The position numbers and the translations under genes are program-made. From a virus (Duplodnaviria; Heunggongvirae; Uroviricota; Caudoviricetes), in the IMG/VR virus record IMGVR_UViG_3300042549_004104, positions 1-64,000 of that record: DNA of 64,000 nt; one strand, given 5' to 3'. Of this stretch, positions 55,715-64,000 are shown in pieces (position 1 is the stretch's first letter; every line of letters begins with the position of its first letter). The notes beneath the pieces are model-generated. The model worked only from the letters and a program-made list of their open reading frames with translations. It did no database searches and had not been told where the DNA came from.

Positions 55715-56944
55715 TCAAAATGTTATACTACCTGAAGCAGTATATTTGTAAACTTTAAATGAGCCATCAGTAGTTATAGTTGGTGAGCCTGTTGTTCCTG
55801 TTACGGTTGTAGTTGAAGGGAATCTTAATATAACTACACCAGAACCACCTGCTCTTCCACCACTACCGCCACCGTCAGTAAATCCACCACCACCACCCCC
55901 GCCGGTGTTGGTAGTGCCTTCAAGCGCAGTAATAGAACTTGTATAACCGCCTCCATTACCTCCACCGCCTAAGCCCCCTATCCCCTTTCCACCACCGCTA
56001 TCATAACCCCAGCCACCGCCACCGCCGGCATAATAAGTAGATGTTCCGGTAATTGATGATGTAAGACCTATTCCACCGTTTCCACCTTTGGCTGCATCAC
56101 TACCGGATGGGGGTTGACCTACTGCGCCGGCGCCGCCGCCGCCGGCACTAGAGTAGCCACCCGCTGACACTGCGTTACCGCCATCATATCCCTGTATTGC
56201 TTGGCTTAGATAAGTTGATCCTGGATATACACCTTTACCTCCAGTTCCAGCACTGCCACCTGAACCACCTCCGCCGCCCGATCCTCCATTCCCACCATTT
56301 ACTGGACCCCCAATTTGACCGCCGCGACCACCGCCGATTGATGTTATTGTACTAAATCCACTACCTGATATTGAAGAATTTGAACCCATCACATTAGTTG
56401 ATCCGCCCCCTCCAACTGTTATTGTATAAGTTACGCTTAGGGCAATTTGTACTGTTGTTGCTTGTAATAATCCTCCGGCGCCACCTCCACCACTATAGTG
56501 AGTTCCACCACCACCGCCGCCAGCAACTACTAAATAATCCATAGTTAAAGCCGGTGTTGCTGAATTACTCGGATTGCTTGCACTACCAATACCTAAACTA
56601 TTTGTTGCAGTGACAGTAAAGGTATATGTAGTACCGGTAGTTAATCCAGTAACAGTAATTGGACTAGAACTTCCTGTTGCAGTGACATTTCCCGGGCTAG
56701 AAGTTACTGTGTAACTAGTTACAGCAGATCCGCCGTTACTTGCCGGTGCAGTAAAAGTTACTTCTACTGATGTTGCCCCAACTACCGTAGCAGTACCTAT
56801 TGTCGGAGCTCCGGGTGTACCGGCCCAATTTCCTGATTGCTTTAATTGTGCTTGACTAGATGTATTGAAAAATCCAGAGGCAGTAGTAGAATTTGCTGTT
56901 ACTTGCGTAGCAGACATTACTCCACCCTGGTATCTTTTAACCAT
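55715..56944 (-). CDS. fibronectin III + glycine-rich domain virion protein
   Basis: Close paralog of 45023-46249. Confidence 0.85.
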   Translation of the reverse strand: MVKRYQGGVMSATQVTANSTTASGFFNTSSQAQLKQSGNWAGTPGAPTIGTATVVGATSVEVTFTAPASNGGSAVTSYTVTSSPGNVTATGSSSPITVTGLTTGTTYTFTVTATNSLGIGSASNPSNSATPALTMDYLVVAGGGGGGTHYSGGGGAGGLLQATTVQIALSVTYTITVGGGGSTNVMGSNSSISGSGFSTITSIGGGRGGQIGGPVNGGNGGSGGGGGSGGSAGTGGKGVYPGSTYLSQAIQGYDGGNAVSAGGYSSAGGGGAGAVGQPPSGSDAAKGGNGGIGLTSSITGTSTYYAGGGGGWGYDSGGGKGIGGLGGGGNGGGYTSSITALEGTTNTGGGGGGGFTDGGGSGGRAGGSGVVILRFPSTTTVTGTTGSPTITTDGSFKVYKYTASGSITF

Positions 56945-56945
56945 T

Positions 56946-57317
56946 TTAGCTTATGTCCTCATAACTACATGTAACTATCAATGCATTTGCTGTTCCAGCA
57001 GTAGCACCCAAACTTGTATTTTCTTCTAAGTAATATTGACTTGATTTATCTATGATGTTTAATGTAGCATTGGCAGGAACAGCCATGTTACCTGCAATAG
57101 CAAATTGTGTTCCACCTACGTTTGCCGCATTGTACCAACCAATTGTTATTGTTGCGGCTGATCCTGTATAGTTACTCACATTTAATGTGTTAACTTTTAA
57201 ACACTTACCACTACCTGATGCATTGTTTAAAACAGTTGTTGCACTTGTACTTGTCAAATTAGCACCTGTTGTCTTGCCGTTTATTGTTGTTGCCCCGATT
57301 AAATTTGGTGCTGCCAT
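56946..57317 (-). CDS. small beta-rich virion protein (MxAPNL family)
   Basis: MAAPNL...NGKT...VPANATL...YYLEE. Confidence 0.75.
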   Translation of the reverse strand: MAAPNLIGATTINGKTTGANLTSTSATTVLNNASGSGKCLKVNTLNVSNYTGSAATITIGWYNAANVGGTQFAIAGNMAVPANATLNIIDKSSQYYLEENTSLGATAGTANALIVTCSYEDIS

Positions 57318-57318
57318 T

Positions 57319-57543
57319 TTATCCTCCGAATACTAAACTATAGCCTGTTATATAGGCATTACTACTGCCGCCAGCACTTGCTGTAGCAAAACTTAAATTG
57401 CCTGAGCCGTCAGTAGTTAAAACTTGGCCGGATGTACCGCCCGTAATATGTATATTTGCTATAGGACCCAAAGTGACGTTGGCAGCAGTATAATTTATAT
57501 TACCTGCTTGATTAATCATACTTGATGAAACTTTTGTTGTCAT
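57319..57543 (-). CDS. 74-aa mini fibre-like protein
   Basis: ANVTLG.I.N.HITGG...GQVLTTDGSGNLS and terminal VFGG match segments of the 1978-aa fibre; AAGGA RBS. Confidence 0.7.
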   Translation of the reverse strand: MTTKVSSSMINQAGNINYTAANVTLGPIANIHITGGTSGQVLTTDGSGNLSFATASAGGSSNAYITGYSLVFGG

Positions 57544-57624
57544 TAGTTATCCTTTAGTAAACAATTTAGTATTTATCAAATTAGTTAACACACTTTTAGC
57601 AACCAAAATAAATTTAAAAATCAA

Positions 57625-60600
57625 TTAGGATAGAGTCCAGATTTGTGAAACTGTTGCGGCGCCTTGTTCCTCAGTAACAATTTCCTCACCTGAACTATAT
57701 GCATATGTTGGTGCAGGGGTAATTCCTGTAATTTCTGTGCGCTCTATTTCACCTATAATACCAGTAGTAATAGTAGCGACCGTAGCAATAGTAGCTTCTA
57801 ATGTTTGTGCATGTATATCAGTTATTTCAGTGTCAATATATTCTATAGACTGCAAGGTGCTATCTATAATGTCACCTATAGTGATTGAAGTAACAGTGTC
57901 AACAGTATTAACTGTACTTTCTAGTACAGATGAATGTATATCAGTAACTTCAGTATCTATGTACTCTAGTGATTGTATACTAGGCGAGAGATTCCCGATT
58001 AATTTTGGATTACCAGTTCTGATTACAGAAGTGTTTGATCCGCCAGTTATTGCAGTTACCATAGTAGCTGAATTTAATATAGGTTCAGTGGGGTTAGTCA
58101 CTACAGTAAGTGTAGCTGTACCACCACTTAGTGCAGCCAATGTAGTGTTTCCAATAGGTGCATCCGAACTAACTGTTACATCAGTATTAGTAATAGTTCT
58201 AACAGCCGCACTGTTATCAATTACAGTAGCAGATTGACAGCATAATAGTGAAGTCTGTGTCCCGATAATGGCTGATATGTTTGTTCCGCTACTTTGTGTA
58301 GCTGTAAGAGGGCTAGTGGGTACAGTAAAAGTACCTGTATATACTGCTACACCTTTGACTATTCTAAGATTACTAATGTTTCCTGTAAAAAATCCATAAC
58401 CAGTACCTGGCCCAGATATTTGTATAGGACCTTGACCGGTGTAATTAGTAGTATCATTGCCGGAATGTGCGGTTTGCCCTACACCGTTAATCCAAAATCT
58501 AAGATTGCCGGTACCTGATCCATTTCTAGTAATAGCCACGTGTGTCCAAGAACCGGAAGTTGGATTACTAGTAAGGCTACTTAGTGCTATACTATAAAGA
58601 CTGGCGGCAGCGTAACCACTTTGCCAGTAAAGAGTACTACCGGTTATGACTATTCCCCAATTAGGAGAACTAGCTGTAGTTTGAGTTAATATGTCACATG
58701 CACCGTCGGTAGTTTTGATCCAGAATTCTATCGTAAAACTACCTGTGCCAAATGCAAAATCTGCACTAGCGGGGATACTAAGTTTTGATGTAGTTCCATT
58801 GAAAGATGCACTATAACCGGGTACGGCTAACACATTTGTTGCATTACCGGTAAGACTAGCATTAGATATCTGGGCACTAGTCACACCTGAAATTGTGTAA
58901 GGTACTAGTCCACCTGAGGTTAAACCCCTAATTGTGGCAGTAAATGTAGTTGTTCCGCCCCAATAAGTTCCAGGAGTACTACTAACGAAACTTATTATAT
59001 TAGATATAGTTGTTGTCGTAGAATATGCTCCGGCAGTAATTACCATAGTAGCTGTTGTAGCTGTACTTAGTGTGGCTAAATTGATAGCAAGCGAAGCGGT
59101 TGAAGTACTAATAGTAAAATTACCAGTGAGGCTAGCACCGCCTATTTGGGTGCTAGTTACACCTGTTATAGTATATGCTACTGTACTACCATCTGCAAGG
59201 TCATCACCATATGATATTGTTACTGTCTCACCCCAATATGCAGATGTATGAGTGCTAGTAAGTCCACCTGCTGGAGTAGCAAAAACACCACTAGTTAAAA
59301 ATGTATGTACTGTATCACTGCTTACTGTAGTAACAGTGCCGCCTGTTGCTCGTTGACTGCCTGCGTATCTAATTACTACAATACCACTACCACCGGCGCC
59401 ACCTTCATTGGTAACAGAATAGTGTGATCCGCCTCCTCCTCCACTACCGGTGTTAACTCCGCCAGCACCGCCTCGTTTGTTAGTTTGAGCTCCGATAGTT
59501 CCAATTTCAGCCACTGAGCCTGAATTCAGTGCAGAGCCGCCACCTGTACCATTAGTAGTGCCGGCACCTTGTCTTGGAGCGCCACCGCCACCGCCGCCTA
59601 TACCGCCATTGCCACCGTATACACTATAGCCAGCACCTGCGCCGCCACCTGCCCAGTATAGACTAGAACCTGTTATATTGTTTAATGTTCCAGCGCCGCC
59701 GTCAGCCTGTTGACTACCTGTTTGTGTAGCTGCCGCAGCACTGCCACCGCCGCCACCGGGATACCATGTTACTCCACTACCAGCACCATTATTACCTTGA
59801 CCCGCTGTTCCGGTTCCCGGTAGACCACCGTAACTGGCAGCACTTTGACGAGCACCAGATCCACCGCCACCACTACCTCCATTACCTGCAGGAGAACCTG
59901 ATGTATCATGGGAACTAGCGCCGCCGCCGCCGCCGATAGCAGTTAATCCTAATGCTGTAGTATCTTGTCCGTTTGATCCTGCAGGACTAGCTGTACCGGC
60001 AATAGCACCTGCACCACCTGCACCAACTGTAATAGTGTAACTACCGGCTACTGATAAATCAGTGCCGGCAAGATATCCACCTGCACCACCGCCGCCACCC
60101 ATATTTGAGCCTGCACCACCGCCACCAGCTACTACAAGATATCTTACAGTCATTCCTGGCGTAATAGTAATTGATGCTGTATAAGATTCTATTGTGATAG
60201 TTAACGTATTTGTTGTGTTTACTTTAGCTTTGGTAGGAATACTAATTGTAGTTGCATAATTAGTAACTGTAAGACTACCGGTTAATGATGTATTATTAAT
60301 ATCTGCACTACTGATACCAGTGATAGTATAGCTTACTGTAGCAGAACTAGTTGCATGATAATAAGTAAGATTAATAGTGCTACCTGATACGACTGTACTA
60401 GGGGTGAGAGGACCAAATCCCGGAGGAAATGTGGTGAGACCGTCCCAAGCATAAGTTCCTGAATATACACCGGCTGTTGTAACGCCTGTAGTTACATAAG
60501 TTGTGGCATTAACAGTTTGTGACTTTAATACATTAGTTTCAGTGCCGCCAGTAGTAACCGTAGTATTGAATACAGAATCAATAGTTAAACAAGTGCCAGC

Positions 60601-61209
60601 ATTGGTATAATTACCTGATGGGGCCGCTAAATGATAGAAAGTACAATTTCTTAAGGCTAAATTGTTAGTTCCATAATTATCATATTGATAACTCCACGCA
60701 TTGTTAGCATTTGTTTCAGAGAATACACAGTTATAAAAATTACCCTTAGCACTGGCACTTTTAAAGTAAGCAACCTCATAACTTGTTGTCCTACCGTTAT
60801 TATTTCTTTTAATAATAGCACCGTATATTTTACTACTAGTGTTAGCAAAATGAAATATTGCGCTATCTCTGCCTGCACTGTTGGCTGTATGCTGTATAAT
60901 TACTCTTCCCGGAGCACAAACGAATTCTCTATGATTGCCACCGTCAGTTAATCCAACACTACTTCCATTAACCGATGTGGGGGTAATAGTATAAGTACCC
61001 TCCAAAATCACAAACATTGTAGCAGTAGCTGAGGTGTTCTGTGCTAATGCATAATCTATAGTAAGATAGGCAGCACCTACACTATTTCCCGTGTTACTAT
61101 TACTACCGGTACTGGCACTAATGTACTTGATTGTACCAGTGAATGCATCTACTAGGCTGTCATAGGCGTCAGGGAAATTATAAATGTTAAGTGCGTTTGG
61201 TAATGCCAT
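57625..61209 (-). CDS. multidomain virion protein (beta-helix-like, Gly-rich, LamG)
   Basis: GSNSNTG...YLTI..AL N-terminus, RYLVVAGGGG domain, FTIEFW...WTHVAITR LamG, acidic tail. Confidence 0.8.
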   Translation of the reverse strand: MALPNALNIYNFPDAYDSLVDAFTGTIKYISASTGSNSNTGNSVGAAYLTIDYALAQNTSATATMFVILEGTYTITPTSVNGSSVGLTDGGNHREFVCAPGRVIIQHTANSAGRDSAIFHFANTSSKIYGAIIKRNNNGRTTSYEVAYFKSASAKGNFYNCVFSETNANNAWSYQYDNYGTNNLALRNCTFYHLAAPSGNYTNAGTCLTIDSVFNTTVTTGGTETNVLKSQTVNATTYVTTGVTTAGVYSGTYAWDGLTTFPPGFGPLTPSTVVSGSTINLTYYHATSSATVSYTITGISSADINNTSLTGSLTVTNYATTISIPTKAKVNTTNTLTITIESYTASITITPGMTVRYLVVAGGGGAGSNMGGGGGAGGYLAGTDLSVAGSYTITVGAGGAGAIAGTASPAGSNGQDTTALGLTAIGGGGGASSHDTSGSPAGNGGSGGGGSGARQSAASYGGLPGTGTAGQGNNGAGSGVTWYPGGGGGSAAAATQTGSQQADGGAGTLNNITGSSLYWAGGGAGAGYSVYGGNGGIGGGGGGAPRQGAGTTNGTGGGSALNSGSVAEIGTIGAQTNKRGGAGGVNTGSGGGGGSHYSVTNEGGAGGSGIVVIRYAGSQRATGGTVTTVSSDTVHTFLTSGVFATPAGGLTSTHTSAYWGETVTISYGDDLADGSTVAYTITGVTSTQIGGASLTGNFTISTSTASLAINLATLSTATTATMVITAGAYSTTTTISNIISFVSSTPGTYWGGTTTFTATIRGLTSGGLVPYTISGVTSAQISNASLTGNATNVLAVPGYSASFNGTTSKLSIPASADFAFGTGSFTIEFWIKTTDGACDILTQTTASSPNWGIVITGSTLYWQSGYAAASLYSIALSSLTSNPTSGSWTHVAITRNGSGTGNLRFWINGVGQTAHSGNDTTNYTGQGPIQISGPGTGYGFFTGNISNLRIVKGVAVYTGTFTVPTSPLTATQSSGTNISAIIGTQTSLLCCQSATVIDNSAAVRTITNTDVTVSSDAPIGNTTLAALSGGTATLTVVTNPTEPILNSATMVTAITGGSNTSVIRTGNPKLIGNLSPSIQSLEYIDTEVTDIHSSVLESTVNTVDTVTSITIGDIIDSTLQSIEYIDTEITDIHAQTLEATIATVATITTGIIGEIERTEITGITPAPTYAYSSGEEIVTEEQGAATVSQIWTLS

Positions 61210-61215
61210 TATAGA

Positions 61216-61584
61216 TTATCCTATATTAACGTGTTTAGCTATTTCAAAAATTTCAGGTGCATTCATACCTTTAGGAATCATATCTTCATCAATAATATCA
61301 TCTACTCCGTCGCCGTTTCTCAATGCATGAATGCAATACGCAACTGTATCATCTTCTAATGCGGTCAGTTCGTGTAGATAATCTTTATGAATATAAATCA
61401 TATGCGGTGCGGTGAATTCAGATATACCAAGTTCAGTTTCTACTTTTAACTTACCTGAAGATAAAAATGTAATGTGGTTGAAGGGGTGCTTATGACCAAG
61501 CTCGGTATCACCTGCCTTTTCAAATTTCATTTCTCTAGTGTAGAGATTTGCAACACATGCTACCTTTATAATAGGTTGTGACAT
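61216..61584 (-). CDS. cupin-like protein
   Basis: GHKHPFNHITFLSSG...HELTALED..AYCIHALR. Confidence 0.7.
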   Translation of the reverse strand: MSQPIIKVACVANLYTREMKFEKAGDTELGHKHPFNHITFLSSGKLKVETELGISEFTAPHMIYIHKDYLHELTALEDDTVAYCIHALRNGDGVDDIIDEDMIPKGMNAPEIFEIAKHVNIG

Positions 61585-61632
61585 TATAGATTACTGTTAT
61601 CGTGATAAATTTCAGAAAAATGATTCATTGTA

Positions 61633-62952
61633 TCAATACTTTCTTATCAAAAATAAATCTCTATAAGTAGAATCGTTTCCTATTGCGTAAGCATAGTATG
61701 CTTCACTATTGACCACAAAGGTTTGTCCCGGTGTATAATATCTCTGTAGGAACGTTTCAGTACCTCCTAGACTCTTGTATAATCCTATAGCCTGACCGCC
61801 AGGATTCATACTGGTCTGATGATGTCTAGCAAATGTTATAGGATATGCCGGTGGAACTAGTATGCCTGTTACAGGATCAGTAACTGGTCCAGTCATTGTA
61901 GTGTTCTGTCTATGTTTAGTTCTGAACAAGCCACTTCCGCCGCCGCACATGGGCACCTGCATTTGGTTACCCCAAAGATATTGTTGATTAAATAACGTGC
62001 TAGTGTTACTCGGAGTAGCACTATAATTAGCACCTGATAATGGATCAATACCGTACCCAGTAAAGTCTCCTAAACTATTGTTACTAATTGTGCCACTGGC
62101 ATTATACTGTCGGTACCATGCTGGATTGCTATTATAAGCACCAGTAGTACCTTGGAAAGTTCTAGCAAACATACTAGCATTACTGCCACCGCCATTTTGA
62201 TAGTGAATCGATCCGTCAAAGAATAAACTAGCTAAAGGGGGATTATCATCATATTGATCTTCCCATGAACTAGTAGTTCTTAATCCAATATACATCAATC
62301 CTCCTGGTGACCAGGTACTGTTAGTGCTAGTACCACCGGACATACAGATGAAATATCGGTCAGTACAAGCAACTAACCATTCACCAACTCTAGGCTGAAA
62401 GACATTTGCACCATCAGTAGTAGTATCCTGTGGATAATTCACATCAAATTTGTACCGCATTGTTCCTGTACCATTAGTCTCCGGCAGATCCACATTAGCG
62501 ACACTTGCCATGTAAAGACCACTGGCAGTGGTAGCTGTATTAAACCCATGAGATGCGTGAATGAATGGATATGAAGAATAAGCTCCACTAAAATAATGCC
62601 CAATGTTAGTTCTAAAAGTCATTTTACGATATGGATATGCGGCTTTGCCACTATCTCTATATAAATCTATACGATAGGGTTCGGCAAAACTAGCACTATA
62701 GTTTGAAACCACATTAGTACTGCTACTGCTGGTCCATCCACCTGCTTCTGTATTGCTAATTACTTCTCTAATCACATCCACACTGCCTGCAGTGCCAATC
62801 GCTGGGCTAGCTGTAGGTGTAGTTATAGACGGCACTGATGGTGTGCTACCGGCTGCGGCTGTACATATAGCCTGTAGTGCCCGAAGAAAATTAATTGCTC
62901 TGGCTTTTTCGTCTGTTGCTCCGCCCACTGTAGGGTCAATTTTACATAACAT
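61633..62952 (-). CDS. hypothetical protein, probably virion structural
   Basis: 439-aa ORF within the tail gene run. Confidence 0.7.
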   Translation of the reverse strand: MLCKIDPTVGGATDEKARAINFLRALQAICTAAAGSTPSVPSITTPTASPAIGTAGSVDVIREVISNTEAGGWTSSSSTNVVSNYSASFAEPYRIDLYRDSGKAAYPYRKMTFRTNIGHYFSGAYSSYPFIHASHGFNTATTASGLYMASVANVDLPETNGTGTMRYKFDVNYPQDTTTDGANVFQPRVGEWLVACTDRYFICMSGGTSTNSTWSPGGLMYIGLRTTSSWEDQYDDNPPLASLFFDGSIHYQNGGGSNASMFARTFQGTTGAYNSNPAWYRQYNASGTISNNSLGDFTGYGIDPLSGANYSATPSNTSTLFNQQYLWGNQMQVPMCGGGSGLFRTKHRQNTTMTGPVTDPVTGILVPPAYPITFARHHQTSMNPGGQAIGLYKSLGGTETFLQRYYTPGQTFVVNSEAYYAYAIGNDSTYRDLFLIRKY

Positions 62953-62955
62953 AAT

Positions 62956-64000
62956 TTACTCCGTTAATAATGAATAGTCGTTGAAGGACAGTCTTCTCAC
63001 ACTGCTTGAATCAACATAAGTCGTATGACTAGCATAGGTATTTTCTGCTATTTTCAGTAGACCGTATACTACTGATAATGCATTGCCGTTACTTTCGTGA
63101 TTTACAAATACTGGATTTTCTATAATAACCACAGATCCAGCACTACTAAATCTTTTCTCTGGAGTAATATATGCTAAATTTATTCCAGCTTGAGAACCAT
63201 AAGAGATGGTTGTAAATTTATATGTATATGGAAGAGTTACTCCAATTGATTCTGCATCTAGATCAAGTCCTGCCATTAACATATTATCAGTATAAATTCT
63301 ACTAACTCCATTTTTACCAATATCAAATATTCCTATCTGTGTTCCTCCGCTTACACTACTGATATAGCATAATTTACTACTAACAACAATGTCAATACCA
63401 TATGGTGCAGTAGTAGCACTATAAGTATGAAGGGGTACATTAGCACTTATTGGACGATATACCTGCCAATAAGTATTACCGGTTATGTTGTTGTAATTAG
63501 TAATATAATTACCAGTGCTACCAATAGTACCTGTTTGTTGTGATACAATGGTAGTGCCTGATTTAAGTTTTGCCATGTTAGTGACCTCAGTATCTGAAAG
63601 GTTCACCCCGGTACTCTGTGTCTGGCTATAACTAGTAACGAGTACATCACCTGCAGAGAGAATGTAGCCTGGAAGTAATCTACCCACATCACCCACGACC
63701 ATTAAAGTGCCAGTATGTTGTGCCGTTATAGTTCCTATGTTTTGATATTTTTGTATTTCTCGTCCATTGACTAAAGTATCTGTACCTGATGTGTAGCTTT
63801 TTGCAAGCGTCACTGAAGATAATCCACCGGTTTGTGCTAGCGTAGCAGTTGTAGCTGCCGTGATAGCAGTAGATGCAACAGTTTGACTTGCACTTACCAC
63901 ATATGTGCCTGAACCGCCTGTACCAGTAATCATTCCTGTAATAGTAGTACCACCGGTTACGCCACTACCAGTCAATATCATACCTATAGTAAAAATTCCA
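62956..64000 (-). CDS. tail fibre-like protein, 5' truncated
   Basis: Frame stays open to the window edge; GTTIT...[17 protein letters not shown] repeats. Confidence 0.7.
   Translation of the reverse strand, partial: GIFTIGMILTGSGVTGGTTITGMITGTGGSGTYVVSASQTVASTAITAATTATLAQTGGLSSVTLAKSYTSGTDTLVNGREIQKYQNIGTITAQHTGTLMVVGDVGRLLPGYILSAGDVLVTSYSQTQSTGVNLSDTEVTNMAKLKSGTTIVSQQTGTIGSTGNYITNYNNITGNTYWQVYRPISANVPLHTYSATTAPYGIDIVVSSKLCYISSVSGGTQIGIFDIGKNGVSRIYTDNMLMAGLDLDAESIGVTLPYTYKFTTISYGSQAGINLAYITPEKRFSSAGSVVIIENPVFVNHESNGNALSVVYGLLKIAENTYASHTTYVDSSSVRRLSFNDYSLLTE

Noticed and set aside
43613-61209. Diversity-generating retroelement
   Set aside because: No reverse transcriptase in the window, and paralog differences are not adenine-specific.
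37792-62977. Short Pro/Val-rich plus-strand and alternate-frame ORFs
   Set aside because: Antisense shadows of Gly/Thr/Asn-rich coding sequence.
1-64000. Stop-codon reassignment
   Set aside because: Genes tile densely under the standard code, and no suppressor tRNA is present.

Overview
AT-rich segment of a large T4-like ('jumbo') tailed phage genome in the standard genetic code. A freshwater proteobacterial host is plausible but is inference only. There are four blocks. (1) 1-5.4 kb: a minus-strand array of 16 CCA-encoding tRNA genes interspersed with unannotated structured RNAs, sigma70-type promoters, a boxA-like site, an HNH nuclease and a J-domain gene. (2) 5.5-29.7 kb: a dense island of tailoring enzymes (6 radical SAM, 6 further Fe(II)/2OG-type oxygenase genes, flavin halogenase, glycosyltransferase-like, methyltransferases, PLP enzyme, kinase, phosphatase, GNAT, truncated adenylating enzyme). 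(3) 29.9-37.6 kb: SleB hydrolase, PAAR, glutaredoxin and nrdAB. (4) 37.6-64 kb: LamG, Gly-rich and repeat-rich tail/fibre genes. The main unannotated signal is at the head of the tRNA array: a sigma70 promoter, then a 53-codon leader ORF (missing from the ORF track) containing all 20 amino acids, whose 3' end can form an antiterminator competing with an intrinsic terminator. This looks like a ribosome-stalling attenuator sensing loss of any tRNA. The operon it heads also carries two sister RNAs with a shared stem and ACAGCAA motif: one displays a circularly permuted tRNA body (YrlA/Y-RNA-like), the other an isolated tRNA-Lys(UUU) anticodon stem-loop. All structures were paired by eye and no database searches were run.
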